DNA from: an uncultured Actinomycetes bacterium
Lineage (GTDB): Bacteria > Actinomycetota > Thermoleophilia > Solirubrobacterales > 70-9
Length of the DNA: 64,000 bases
Reading direction: 5' to 3'
Assembly: GCA_963699125.1 (NCBI GenBank)
Contig: OY969417.1
Span: 1,205,795-1,269,794 of the forward strand
Shown: one piece after another, positions 40,975 through 50,530 of the stretch
Layout: every line of letters begins with the position of its first letter
Numbering within the stretch: the stretch's first letter is position 1
Translations under genes and position numbers: made by a program
The notes under the pieces: model-generated
The model's database searches: none
The model's input: the letters and a program-made list of their open reading frames with translations, nothing else
Told to the model about the DNA's origin: nothing

Positions 40975-42008
40975 GACGCCTCCTCCAGTGCTTCCGCACG
41001 GCTCTCGGGGCGGTAGTAGAGCGGCACGCACCAGTGGTTCTCGGCCACCCAGTCGGTGTTCGGCAGCTCCTCGGAGTGGCCCATGATGCGGTGGCAGGGC
41101 TGCTCGTAGACACGACCGGTGCTCTTCTCGATCGGCTCGAAGACGATGTACTTGTAATGACCCGAGGTCATCCCCTCGGGCAGCTCCAGCCGCGCCGGGT
41201 GGAGCGGGTCGAGGTGGGCGCGGGCGTACTCGTTCTTCCAGGCGACGATCTCCTCCATCCGCTCCGCCTGGACCAGGCCGAGGGCGGCGGTGAACTCGCT
41301 CATGCGGAAGTTGAGGCCGTCGACCTCGTGCTCGAACTTGCCGTAGTTACGGAACTTGGAGGCGAACTCGATCAGCTCCTGGTTGGCGGAGACGAGCACG
41401 CCGCCCTCGCCGGCGGAGACGGTCTTGGTCGCGTACAGCGAGTAGACGCCGGCATCGCCGTAGCCTCCCGGCCTGTCGCCGTTCCAGTCGGCGCCGTGAG
41501 CGTGGGCGCAGTCCTCAAGTAGGAAGATCCCGTGGTCGCGGCAGTAGGCGGCGATCCGAGCGGAGTCGAAGGCGATGTGGCCGCCGACGTGGACGAGGAT
41601 CGCGGCGCGGGGCCTGTGCCGCTCGGCCTTCGCCTCGAAGTCCTCGAAGGACATGCAGAGGTCCTCGCGGTTGCAATCGACGAACTCGACCCGGGCGCCG
41701 GCGCCGATCGCGGCCAGCGGCGTCGCCATGAAGGTGTTCGAGGGGCAGAGGACGGTCTCGCCGCGGACTCCGGCGAACTCAAGCGCGGCCAGCGCCCCGC
41801 CGGCCCAGCTCGAGAGGCCGAGGCTGGGTAGGCCGTTCCACTCCGCCCAGCGCTGCTCGAAGGCGGCCAGCTTGGCGCCCTCGGACCACTGCTCGGAGTC
41901 GAGCACCTCGGTCCAAAGCTCGAACAGGCGACCGCGGTCGCGGTGGTCGAACCCGATCGCGAACTTGCCGGCGACCGCGCTCTTCGACTGGGAATCCAGG
42001 GGGGGCAA
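40971..42008 (-). CDS. DegT/DnrJ/EryC1/StrS family PLP-dependent sugar aminotransferase
   Basis: Motifs: CPSNTFMATPLA, LLEDCAHAHGA, and SLYATKTVSAGEGG (PLP-Lys region). Confidence 0.85.
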   Translation of the reverse strand: MPPLDSQSKSAVAGKFAIGFDHRDRGRLFELWTEVLDSEQWSEGAKLAAFEQRWAEWNGLPSLGLSSWAGGALAALEFAGVRGETVLCPSNTFMATPLAAIGAGARVEFVDCNREDLCMSFEDFEAKAERHRPRAAILVHVGGHIAFDSARIAAYCRDHGIFLLEDCAHAHGADWNGDRPGGYGDAGVYSLYATKTVSAGEGGVLVSANQELIEFASKFRNYGKFEHEVDGLNFRMSEFTAALGLVQAERMEEIVAWKNEYARAHLDPLHPARLELPEGMTSGHYKYIVFEPIEKSTGRVYEQPCHRIMGHSEELPNTDWVAENHWCVPLYYRPESRAEALEEAS

Positions 42009-42038
42009 GGGCGGCGTCAGGCTACCAGCGAAGCCGGA

Positions 42039-42902
42039 TCAGTCGTCCCCGTGCGCCGCCTCGATCACCGCGCCAACGGTGCGGGAGCCCGCGAGCAGAA
42101 TGGTGCCGGCGAGGGCGACGCCCATGAAGGCGATCAGGGCGACGCCGCCGAGGGGCGTACCGGACCAAGACTCGCCGAAGATCAGCGGCGCCAGGATCAC
42201 CGGCACCAGCACCTGGACCGCGAACATCGCCGGCCCCACGCGCGTCGCCGGGCGCTTCTGCAGCGCGCTCATCTCGCTCAGCAGCGCCAGGCCCTCGGAG
42301 GCGACGGCGGTGGCCAGCCAGGCGACCGCGACCAGCAACGCCCCCGCCGCCAGCTCGTCGGTCAGCAGCTTGCTGGCGATTGCCGTCCAGGCGTAGCCGA
42401 AGCCGGCGCTGACGACGGCCAGCATCCCGGCCGCGCCGGCCCGGCCGCGCAACAGATAGGGGGTCGCGATCGGGACCGCTACGAGCGCCATCGCGAGGGC
42501 GATCGCCGCCGTGCCGGCGTGGTCGGTGGTGCGCTCCGGCGCAGCCCAGGCAACCCCAGCGACCCCGGCGACGATCGCCGCCACCGCCACGAACTCCCTC
42601 CGGCCTGGGGCCTCCCCCAGCCTGGTGGCCCCCAGCCAGAGCAGCAGGATCAGCCCGCTCACCAGGCACGGCTGCACCACCGTCAGCGGCGCCAGCAACA
42701 GCGCCGCAATCTCCAGCGGCCAGCCCGCCAGCCCCAGCGCCGTCGCCCCCAGCCAGCGCCGGTTCCGCAGCAGCCTGCCGATCAGCGAGGGCCGCAGCGA
42801 GTGCTCGTGCGGCACCTGCCGCGCCTCCAGCGCCTGCAGCGCGATCGAGGTGTTGTAGAGGCAGGATGCCCCAACCGCCGCGGCTATCCCGAGCGCCAGC
42901 AC
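42039..42902 (-). CDS. polytopic membrane protein, DMT/NIPA-like
   Basis: 287-aa ORF with about 9 hydrophobic helices. It is the first gene of the DegT operon. The family assignment is tentative. Confidence 0.6.
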   Translation of the reverse strand: MLALGIAAAVGASCLYNTSIALQALEARQVPHEHSLRPSLIGRLLRNRRWLGATALGLAGWPLEIAALLLAPLTVVQPCLVSGLILLLWLGATRLGEAPGRREFVAVAAIVAGVAGVAWAAPERTTDHAGTAAIALAMALVAVPIATPYLLRGRAGAAGMLAVVSAGFGYAWTAIASKLLTDELAAGALLVAVAWLATAVASEGLALLSEMSALQKRPATRVGPAMFAVQVLVPVILAPLIFGESWSGTPLGGVALIAFMGVALAGTILLAGSRTVGAVIEAAHGDD

Positions 42903-42940
42903 CGGCCGACCTTAGGCGATAGCCGCTATAAGTCCGCTCT

Positions 42941-43390
42941 GTGAGATCAGGGGCTACCACGCCAGCTGCAACCACGAGAACCGGAGCGTTCTCTTTGACT
43001 ACGGCGCCTGATTCCCCGTTCCGGCGGCGGACGATCGCGGCGATCGCACTCGCGCTGGCGGCACTGGCCCTCCTCGCCACGGCCGCGCCTTCAAGCGCTC
43101 GGCCGGTGACCCGCAGCTGCGGCCTCTTCCCCGGCGAAGGCGCGTTCAGCTACACCAAGACCCAAGGCGTCAACTGCCGCAGCGCGATCAAGACCTCCTA
43201 CCGGATCGTCCGCCGCTTCTGCGACCGCCCCGGCAAGTGCGACTACGGCCCCCACACCCCGATCACCCGCGTCTACCGTGGCACGGTCCGGTACCGGGGC
43301 TGGAGATGCCGACTCAGGGAGGGCTACGAGCTCAGCGTCGTCGACTGCCACCGCGGCAAGCAGCACATCTTCCATAAGTCGGGCGCGTAG
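42941..43390 (+). CDS. hypothetical small Cys-rich exported protein
   Basis: Signal-like IAAIALALAALALLATAAPSSA, then 6 Cys in about 90 aa. The start codon is uncertain. Confidence 0.45.
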   Translation: MRSGATTPAATTRTGAFSLTTAPDSPFRRRTIAAIALALAALALLATAAPSSARPVTRSCGLFPGEGAFSYTKTQGVNCRSAIKTSYRIVRRFCDRPGKCDYGPHTPITRVYRGTVRYRGWRCRLREGYELSVVDCHRGKQHIFHKSGA

Positions 43391-43398
43391 CGGCTGCC

Positions 43399-43593
43399 TC
43401 AGCGCTTGCGCCCGGACGAGCCGTAGCGCATGACCGCTCTTGCGTTCAAATAAGACGCGAGGGCGAGTGGTCCAATCAGGCCCAGGCCCAGAGCGGGTCC
43501 CCTCACGCCAACCGCTATCAAGCCCAATAGGGCCACTGCCTCCAGCAGCAGGGAGCCCAACAGGATGAGCAGAAATGCGCGGCTCTCGGTCAT
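43399..43593 (-). CDS. hypothetical 64-aa two-helix membrane protein with basic C-terminus
   Basis: The ATG overlaps the upstream stop (ATGA at 43593-43590). AAGGTG lies 7 nt upstream. It sits in a local low-GC patch. Confidence 0.5.
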   Translation of the reverse strand: MTESRAFLLILLGSLLLEAVALLGLIAVGVRGPALGLGLIGPLALASYLNARAVMRYGSSGRKR

Positions 43594-43811
43594 GCGATCA
43601 CCTTATCCGATAATGCAGACAAAACAATTACAAGCGCTCCCCCAACAAAGCTGAGAAGTCCGCCTCGCACCGTAGCCCGTCGAACCTCTTGCTCGGGTGC
43701 GTTGGAAAGGACCGGCCCAGCGTGGGAGAGGAATCCGCCGACCGCGATTGCCCCGGCGAGCAGGCCGACGTCGGTAGCAAGGTCGCTGACGATGGAGCCG
43801 GCCACGAACAT
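43590..43811 (-). CDS. hypothetical 73-aa two-helix membrane protein
   Basis: Two hydrophobic helices separated by NAPEQEVRRATVRG. It is translationally coupled to the 64-aa ORF. Confidence 0.45.
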   Translation of the reverse strand: MFVAGSIVSDLATDVGLLAGAIAVGGFLSHAGPVLSNAPEQEVRRATVRGGLLSFVGGALVIVLSALSDKVIA

Positions 43812-43889
43812 CGGCCGACCCTAGAGCTCAAGGCCGCACAACCTGCGCGCAGGCCGTACCGACTGTGCGTCAATACGATCGCGAGAGCC

Positions 43890-45587
43890 CTACGTCTCCT
43901 GGTACAGCGGCCCGTCGCCGCCCTCGGGGAGGGTGAGGCGGCCGCCCTTGGCGGTGATCGCGCCGCACTGGACGCAGTTGGAGGCGGTGACGTGGACGTC
44001 GACCGTGGCGGTCCCGTTCTCCAGCTGCTCGTCGGGGATCTCGTAGACCTGGGCCGGGCACATCGAGACCCAGGTCTGGGCGATCTCGCGCGGCACCTTG
44101 GTCTGGATGCGGACGTGGTTGGGAGCGTCGTCGCGGGTGGCGTTGCCGGAGAGGAAGACCGAGTCGAGCTTGTTGAAGGTCAGCTCGTTGTCGGGCTTGA
44201 GGTACATGTCGCCGGCCTTGCCGATCTCCATCTCGTTCTCGGCGTCGTCCTCCTGCTTCCAGTGGCCGCCGGGGAAGTTGCCTTTGGTCACCGTCATCGC
44301 CGAGGCGAAGGCGCCGCCGAGGAAGAAGCCCTTCGAGAAGGGCTGGCGCATGTTGCGCGATTCGTGCAGGTCCTTCTCGATCGCCGAGTTGTGGACCTTC
44401 TCGTCGTAGGCCTCGAAGTTGACCGAGTCTTCCTTCAGCGCCTCGACGATCGCTTCCGCCGCGTACATGCCGGCGTGCATCGCGTAGTGGACGCCCTTCA
44501 GGGTCGGGATGTTGACCATGCTGGCCGCGTCGCCGGCGACCACCATGCCGGGCACCGCGAGGCGCTTCGGCATCGCGAAGTAACCACCGGAGGGAATCGT
44601 CTTCGCCCCCCAGGCAACCCGCTTGCCGCCGTCAATCAGCTTCTTGATGAAGGGGTGGGTCTTCAGCAGCTGCAGTGCGTCGTGGACGCTGAAGGTCGCG
44701 TCGGTGTAGTCGAGGCCGGCGACGAGACCAAGGCAGATCTTGTCCTCGCCCATCGGGTAGATGAAGGTGCCCCCGAACTCGTTGTATTTCGGCGACTTGC
44801 GCAACGGCCAGCCCATCGTGTGAATTACCCGGTCGAGCGGCTCCTTCACCTCCCAGACCTCTTTCACCCCGAGCTCCCAGCGCATCGGGTCGGCGCCGTG
44901 CATGTCGAAGTAGTCGTAGGCGGCGTAGGTGAGATGGCCGACGGTGCCCTCGGCGAGGACGGTCGCCTTGGCGACGACGTCGGAGCCGGGCTCGAAGTTG
45001 CCGAGCTCTTCGCCGTCTTTGCCACGGCCGCGGTCGCCGGAGCGGACACCCTTTACAACCCGATCCTCGACCAGCAGCTTGGTCGCGGCGGTCTCGGAGA
45101 GGATGTAGACGCCGGCTTCCTCGGCTTTGTCAGCGAGGAAGCGGCCCAGTTTGGAGACGGAGGTGACGTAGTTGCCATGGTTTCGGAAGCCAGGGGGCGG
45201 CGGCTTCACCGGGATCGCTTTCTTCGGGGTGAGGAGGTAGACCGCGTCCTTGGTCACCTCCTGGTAGACCGGCCACTCCGACTTGTCGAGGTCGGGGAAC
45301 AGCTCTTCCATCGCCGAGGGCTTCATGTTGGCCCCCGAAAGCAGGTGCGCCCCCGCGACTTTGCCCTTCTCGATCACCGCGACCGGGACTTCGCCCAGCT
45401 TCTCGGTCAGCTCCGGCTCGTGCTCGAGCAGCTGCATCAATTTGTTGGCGCAGGCGAGACCCGCCGGCCCGCCGCCGACGATCGCGATCCCGACCTCGAT
45501 TCGCTCCTCCTCCGGGTCGGTGGGAGGACCGATCACGTCGGCCGGATCGAACGGCGGCGGAAACTCGCTGGGCTTCACGGCAGGCAT
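43890..45587 (-). CDS. electron-transfer flavoprotein:ubiquinone oxidoreductase (ETF-QO, FixC-FixX fusion type)
   Basis: FAD motif IAIVGGGPAGLACA. The C-terminal ferredoxin-like region is CPAQVYEI...NCVQCGAITAKG. Confidence 0.9.
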   Translation of the reverse strand: MPAVKPSEFPPPFDPADVIGPPTDPEEERIEVGIAIVGGGPAGLACANKLMQLLEHEPELTEKLGEVPVAVIEKGKVAGAHLLSGANMKPSAMEELFPDLDKSEWPVYQEVTKDAVYLLTPKKAIPVKPPPPGFRNHGNYVTSVSKLGRFLADKAEEAGVYILSETAATKLLVEDRVVKGVRSGDRGRGKDGEELGNFEPGSDVVAKATVLAEGTVGHLTYAAYDYFDMHGADPMRWELGVKEVWEVKEPLDRVIHTMGWPLRKSPKYNEFGGTFIYPMGEDKICLGLVAGLDYTDATFSVHDALQLLKTHPFIKKLIDGGKRVAWGAKTIPSGGYFAMPKRLAVPGMVVAGDAASMVNIPTLKGVHYAMHAGMYAAEAIVEALKEDSVNFEAYDEKVHNSAIEKDLHESRNMRQPFSKGFFLGGAFASAMTVTKGNFPGGHWKQEDDAENEMEIGKAGDMYLKPDNELTFNKLDSVFLSGNATRDDAPNHVRIQTKVPREIAQTWVSMCPAQVYEIPDEQLENGTATVDVHVTASNCVQCGAITAKGGRLTLPEGGDGPLYQET

Positions 45588-45594
45588 CCTTCGC

Positions 45595-46569
45595 TCAGCT
45601 GCCTCTCTTCGCCTTGATCGCCTCGGTCAGCTTGGGGACGATCTTGTGCAGGTCGCCGACCACGCCGAGGTCGGAGAACTCGAAGATCGGCGCGTTCGGG
45701 TCCTTGTTGATCGCGAGGATGTTCTCCGAGTTCTGCATCCCGACCTTGTGCTGGATCGCCCCGGAGACGCCGGCCGCCAGGTACAGCTTCGGCGCCACCG
45801 TCTTGCCGGTCTGGCCGATCTGGGCCGCGTAGGGGTACCAGCCGGCGTCGACGACCGCGCGGGTCGCGGCGACGGCGCCGCCCATCGAGTCGGCGAGCTG
45901 CTCGCAGAGCTCGAAGCCCTCTTTGGCCCCGAGGCCGCGGCCGCCGCCGACCAGGATCTCGGCGTCCTCGATGTTGACGTCGGCGCCGCGCTGCTCGCCC
46001 CGCTGCACCATCGTCGCCTTGGTCGACCAGGGCGAGAGCTCGACCTCGACGTCGACGACCTCAGCCGTACCGCCGCTCTCCTTCGCGTCGAAGGCGTTGA
46101 GGCGGCTGATGATGATCCCCGGCTCGCTGACGTAGCCGACGTCGGCGATCTGAGAGTCCTGCAGGATCGGGCGCTCGGCGACGAGCTTGCCGTCCTGCAC
46201 CTTGACCTCGGTGACCTCCATCGTCACCCCGGCGCCGAGGCGCGCGGTGAGCCCGGCGCCGATCTCGAAGCCGAGCAGGCCGCCGCCGAAGAGGGCGTAG
46301 GAGATGCCCTGCCCCTGGATCACCTTCGCCATCGCGTCGATGATCGGCTGGGCCAGGCCCTCCGGCACACTCTTGGCCCGGTAGACCTTGGCGGCGCCGA
46401 AGTTGCCGAGCGAGGCGCAGGCGTCGTCGGCGATCTCACCGACCACCAGCGCGGCGGCCTCGCCGCCGATTTCGCCGGTGAGCTTGGCCGCCTCGGAGAT
46501 CGCCCCGAGCGAGTTCTTGTTGAAGTTGCCCTCGTCGTCGTGGAGGGCGTAAACCAGGATGCCTGCCAT
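45595..46569 (-). CDS. etfA: electron transfer flavoprotein subunit alpha
   Basis: Motifs: ILVGGGRGLG, VVDAGWYPYAAQIGQTGKTVAPKLYLAAGVSGAIQH, and AINKDPNAPIF. Confidence 0.93.
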   Translation of the reverse strand: MAGILVYALHDDEGNFNKNSLGAISEAAKLTGEIGGEAAALVVGEIADDACASLGNFGAAKVYRAKSVPEGLAQPIIDAMAKVIQGQGISYALFGGGLLGFEIGAGLTARLGAGVTMEVTEVKVQDGKLVAERPILQDSQIADVGYVSEPGIIISRLNAFDAKESGGTAEVVDVEVELSPWSTKATMVQRGEQRGADVNIEDAEILVGGGRGLGAKEGFELCEQLADSMGGAVAATRAVVDAGWYPYAAQIGQTGKTVAPKLYLAAGVSGAIQHKVGMQNSENILAINKDPNAPIFEFSDLGVVGDLHKIVPKLTEAIKAKRGS

Positions 46570-47361
46570 CTAGATCAGCTTCCTCTCGTCAAGCCAGGCG
46601 ACGATCTTTTCGACCGTCTCGTTGGTGTCCTCGTCCTCGATGATCTCGCCGGCCTCCTTGGCGGGCGGCGGGTTGAGCGCGAGGACCGCGGTCTTGGAAC
46701 CAGCCTCGCCGACCATGCCGCCGTCGATACCGACATCGCCGGTGGCCTTGGTGTCGAGCGGTTTTTTCTTCGCCCCCATGATCGCCTTCAGGCTCGGGTA
46801 GCGGGGCTCGTTGATCGCGTCGCCGACGCTGATCACGGCCGGCAGCTCGACCTCGACCGTGTCGTAGCCGTACTCGGCCTGGCGCTCGCAGCGCAGCTTG
46901 CCGTCGCTGACGTCGATCTTGATCACCTGGGTCAGCGAGGGCATCTGCAGATGGTCGGCGACGACGGCGCCGATCGTGTAGCACTCGCCGTCATCGGACT
47001 GCTGGCCCAGCAGGACCAGGTCCGGGCTCTCGGACTCAAGCACCTTGGCCAGCGAGTAGCCGGTGGCGCAGACGTCGGAGCCGGCCAGGGCGTCGTCGGA
47101 GAGGTGCACCGAGCGGTCGGCGCCGAGCGCCACCGCCTTGTGCAGCGCGCGGACGGCGGAGTCGGGGCCCATGGTGACGGCCACGACCTCCTCGACCGGG
47201 ATCGCTCCTCCCTCCTTGATCTGCATGGCCGCCTCGAGGGCGTGCGTGTCGAAGGGATTGAGGTTTTTCTCGCCGCCGCGGTCCAGCCGCATCGTGTTGG
47301 GATCGATGCGCTTCTGAACGGCAGCGTCCGGAACCTCCTTGACCAGGACGCAGATCTTCAA
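46570..47361 (-). CDS. etfB: electron transfer flavoprotein subunit beta
   Basis: KICVLVKEVPD from TTG 47361, preceded by AAGGAGG at 6 nt. The longer track ORF start has no such support. Confidence 0.9.
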   Translation of the reverse strand: MKICVLVKEVPDAAVQKRIDPNTMRLDRGGEKNLNPFDTHALEAAMQIKEGGAIPVEEVVAVTMGPDSAVRALHKAVALGADRSVHLSDDALAGSDVCATGYSLAKVLESESPDLVLLGQQSDDGECYTIGAVVADHLQMPSLTQVIKIDVSDGKLRCERQAEYGYDTVEVELPAVISVGDAINEPRYPSLKAIMGAKKKPLDTKATGDVGIDGGMVGEAGSKTAVLALNPPPAKEAGEIIEDEDTNETVEKIVAWLDERKLI

Positions 47362-47462
47362 GTGAAGCCTCCTTGGGGACTGATTCTCAGGTCTTCGCGG
47401 ACTGCGGTTCGCGCCTCGCAAGCCCGTTGCGGCCGGGCATGTTATCGGTTGCGGGCGACCGG

Positions 47463-47478
47463 TTGACTGACCAGTCAA
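47463..47478. promoter_or_regulatory. candidate operator palindrome upstream of etfBA
   Basis: TTGACTG-AC-CAGTCAA has perfect 7-bp arms and lies about 100 nt upstream of the etfB start. Confidence 0.4.
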
Positions 47479-47531
47479 TCAGGAGCATACCCGAGCCGGC
47501 GGAACTATGCACCGATCCGTGCAAGGGAGCT

Positions 47532-47957
47532 TTATTCGCCGCTCTCGTGGCGCTCGGCCGCGCCAGCGCGGATGAAGTCGACGATCTCGTCGGTGCCGGC
47601 GCCCGGCGTGAAGACCTCGGCGACGCCGAGCTTCTTCAGCTCGGGGATGTCGTCGGCGGGGATCGTGCCCCCGACCGTGACCAGGACGTCGTCGACCCCC
47701 TGGGCCGACAGCAGCTCGACCACCTTCGGCACCAGGGTCATGTGGGCGCCGGAGAGGATCGAGAGGCCGACCGCGTCGGCGTCCTCCTGGATCACCGTCT
47801 CGGCGATCTGCTCCGGCGTCTGGTGTAGACCGGTGTAGATCACCTCCATGCCGGCGTCGCGCAGAGCGCGGGCGATGATCTTGGCGCCACGGTCGTGACC
47901 GTCCAGGCCGGGCTTGGCGACGACGACGCGGATCTTGCGGGCGGTGGCGGCCTCCAT
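47532..47957 (-). CDS. methylmalonyl-CoA mutase family, B12-binding small subunit
   Basis: Motifs: [34 protein letters not shown] (DxHxxG) and GLSILSGAH. Confidence 0.9.
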   Translation of the reverse strand: MEAATARKIRVVVAKPGLDGHDRGAKIIARALRDAGMEVIYTGLHQTPEQIAETVIQEDADAVGLSILSGAHMTLVPKVVELLSAQGVDDVLVTVGGTIPADDIPELKKLGVAEVFTPGAGTDEIVDFIRAGAAERHESGE

Positions 47958-47971
47958 AGCGGCGGGGAAGC

Positions 47972-49594
47972 CTAGAACACGGGCGACTCGGTGTAGGTCC
48001 CGAAGACCTCCTGCATCGCCGCGATCATCTCGCCCTCGGTGGCGCGGACGCGGGCGGCTTCGAGGATCGGCGGCATCAGGTTGGCCTCGCCGCCGGCAGC
48101 TTGCTTGAGGTCGGCCAGGGCGCGCTCGACAGCGGCGCCGTCACGGCGGGCGCGGGTCGCCTGCAGGCGGTCGACCTGCTTGTGTTCCAGCGCCGGGTCG
48201 ATCTTCAGGATCGGGGTCGGCTCTTCGTCGTCCTGGGTGAAGTCGTTGACGCCGACGACGATGCGGCGTCGTTCGTTCAGCTCCTGCTGGTAGGTGAAGG
48301 AGGCGTCGGCGATCTCGCGCTGGGGGAAGTTGCGGCGGATCGCCTCGACCATCCCCCCCAGCTCGTCGATGCGGGCGAAGAAACCGTAGGCCGCCTCCTC
48401 CATCTCGTCGGTCAGCTTCTCGACGAACCAGGAGCCGCCGAGTGGGTCGGCGGTGTTGGCGACGCCGGACTCGCTGGCGATGATCTGCTGCGTGCGCAGC
48501 GCCACCCGCACCGCCTCCTCAGTCGGCAGCGCCAGCGCCTCGTCGTAGGAATTGGTGTGAAGCGACTGGGTGCCGCCGAGCACCGCCGCCAGCGCCTCCA
48601 GCGAGGTGCGGACGATGTTGTTGAGCGGCTGCTGCGCGGTCAGCGAGACACCCGCGGTCTGGGCGTGGAAGCGCAGCCGCATCGACTCCTCGCGCTTGGC
48701 GCCGTAGGTCTCGCGCATCTCGCGGGCCCAGATTCGGCGCGCCGCCCTGTACTTGGCGATCTCCTCGAAGAAGTCGACGTGGGCGTTGAAGAAGAAGGAG
48801 AGGCGCGGGGCAAAGTCGTCGACGTCGAGGCCGCGCTCGATCGCCCGCTCGACGTAGGTGAAGCCGTCCTTGAGCGTGAAGGCAAGCTCCTGCTGTGCGG
48901 TCGAGCCCGCCTCGCGGATGTGGTAGCCGGAGATCGAGACCGGGTGCCAGCGCGGCATCTTCTCCGTGCACCACTCGATCATGTCGGTGACCAACCGCAG
49001 CGCCGGCTCGATCGGGAAGCACCACTCTTTCTGGGCGATGTACTCCTTGAGGATGTCGGTCTGGATCGTCCCCCCCAGCTTCTCCGGCGATACCCCCTGG
49101 CTCTCGCCGACGAGGACGTAGAAGGCGAGCAGGATCGCCGCCGGCGCGTTGATCGTCATCGAGGTGGTGACGCCACCGAGCGGGATGCCCTCGAAGAGCT
49201 GCTCCATATCGTCGAGGCTGTCGACGGCGACGCCCTCGCGCCCGACCTCGCCGAGGCTGCGGGCGTGGTCGGAGTCGTAGCCCATCAGCGTCGGCATGTC
49301 GAAGGCGGTCGAGAGCCCGGTCTGGCCGTGGTCGAGCAAATAGTGGAAGCGCTCGTTGGTCTCCTCGACGGTGCCGAAACCGGCGAACTGGCGCATCGTC
49401 CACAGTCGCCCGCGGTACATCGACGGGTACGGGCCGCGCGTGAACGGGTACTCGCCGGGGCGACCGACCCGCTCCTCGAGCCCGGACTCGAGGTCCTCCT
49501 CGCCGTAGAGCGGCTCGATCTCCTGCCCGGAGATCGTCGAGAACTCGGCGTCGCGCTGCTTGAACTCCGGCCTGTCCCTGGGCTCGATCGCCAT
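47972..49594 (-). CDS. methylmalonyl-CoA mutase family, large catalytic subunit
   Basis: Motifs: [38 protein letters not shown], and [11 protein letters not shown]. Confidence 0.92.
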   Translation of the reverse strand: MAIEPRDRPEFKQRDAEFSTISGQEIEPLYGEEDLESGLEERVGRPGEYPFTRGPYPSMYRGRLWTMRQFAGFGTVEETNERFHYLLDHGQTGLSTAFDMPTLMGYDSDHARSLGEVGREGVAVDSLDDMEQLFEGIPLGGVTTSMTINAPAAILLAFYVLVGESQGVSPEKLGGTIQTDILKEYIAQKEWCFPIEPALRLVTDMIEWCTEKMPRWHPVSISGYHIREAGSTAQQELAFTLKDGFTYVERAIERGLDVDDFAPRLSFFFNAHVDFFEEIAKYRAARRIWAREMRETYGAKREESMRLRFHAQTAGVSLTAQQPLNNIVRTSLEALAAVLGGTQSLHTNSYDEALALPTEEAVRVALRTQQIIASESGVANTADPLGGSWFVEKLTDEMEEAAYGFFARIDELGGMVEAIRRNFPQREIADASFTYQQELNERRRIVVGVNDFTQDDEEPTPILKIDPALEHKQVDRLQATRARRDGAAVERALADLKQAAGGEANLMPPILEAARVRATEGEMIAAMQEVFGTYTESPVF

Positions 49595-49651
49595 GCGAGG
49601 AGTCTAGATCGTCCCTGATCACCTCAGTCGCACATAGGGCCACTCGGCAGC

Positions 49652-49735
49652 GGACACCGAGCGTCCGCGAGACCCGCGCATCCGACATTGACCCCACCCC
49701 GCAGGGGTCAATGTCGGATGCGCGCCCCGACGCCC
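49652..49735. repeat. ATGTCGGATGCGCG-family element (copy 2), inverted pair of units
   Basis: GCGCATCCGACATTGACCCC 49676-49695 and GGGGTCAATGTCGGATGCGC 49704-49723 form a perfect 20-bp stem. The flank 49652-49675 is homologous (reverse complement) to 61570-61592. Confidence 0.85.
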
Positions 49736-49743
49736 AGGACCTC

Positions 49744-50529
49744 CTAGCGACGCGGTGCGAAGCGGCGGGGGGGCGGCTTGCGACGGGCGGCGACGCGGGA
49801 GGCGCCGAAGCCGGCGACCGTTGCCAGCAGCGTCACCGCGAGCGCGACGAGGCGACGGCCGAGGCGCTCGAAGCGCATCGTCTGCCAGCCCTCTTCGCGT
49901 GCGATCGCGGCCAGCGGCGGGTCGGGGTTGACCGCGACCGGGTTGCCGACCGCGCGCAGCATCGGCAGGTCCGAGAGCGAGTCCGAGTAGGCGTAAGAGG
50001 CGGCGAGATCGATCCCGTGCCGCTCCGCGAAAGCCTGCATCGCCTCGACCTTGCCGGGCCCGTAGACGAACGGGCCGTCGAAGCGACCGGTGAAGTTGCC
50101 CTCCTCGTCGACCTCGTAGCGGGTGCCGATCCCGCCCTCCATCCCCAGCACCTGGGCCAGCGATTCGACGACGTCGTTGCCGGCGGCGCTGACGATGAAG
50201 GTCGGCCGGCCGGCGTCCTGGTGGTCGTGGACCTCGTCGAGCATCTGCGGGAAGACCCGCGGCAGGATCGCCGCCATCACCTCGGGCCCCATCCGCTCGA
50301 TCGTCACCGCCGGCACACCCTTGATGAGCTCGCGCGCAACCCGCAGCACCTCGGCGGTGCGCTCGTCGGTGGTGCCCCGCAACCGGTAGCGCAGGTGCTC
50401 GATCCCCCAGCTGGCCAGCTGGTGACGGCTGACGATCCCGTGCTGGCTGGCGACGCGGGCGAACTGCATCCCGGAAGACCCCGCCATCAGGGTCTTGTCG
50501 AGGTCGAAAAAGGCCGCGGCGCGGCTCAA
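49744..50529 (-). CDS. HAD-IB family hydrolase (SerB-like) with C-terminal hydrophobic tail
   Basis: Motifs: AAFFDLDKTLMAGSS (DxD motif), IVSAAGND, and AYSDSLSDLPML. Confidence 0.8.
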   Translation of the reverse strand: MSRAAAFFDLDKTLMAGSSGMQFARVASQHGIVSRHQLASWGIEHLRYRLRGTTDERTAEVLRVARELIKGVPAVTIERMGPEVMAAILPRVFPQMLDEVHDHQDAGRPTFIVSAAGNDVVESLAQVLGMEGGIGTRYEVDEEGNFTGRFDGPFVYGPGKVEAMQAFAERHGIDLAASYAYSDSLSDLPMLRAVGNPVAVNPDPPLAAIAREEGWQTMRFERLGRRLVALAVTLLATVAGFGASRVAARRKPPPRRFAPRR

Positions 50530-50530
50530 G

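Noticed and set aside
45283-47466. 727-aa plus-strand ORF
   Set aside because: It is antisense to ETF-QO, etfA and etfB, spans three real genes, and has GC-artefact composition.
49711-49740. Conserved 'MSDAR...' mini-ORFs that start in the ATGTCGGATGCGCG repeats (also near 8467 and 61557)
   Set aside because: The ATG is part of the repeat core and no RBS precedes it. Downstream reading frames and lengths differ between copies, and the long continuations are antisense to real genes.
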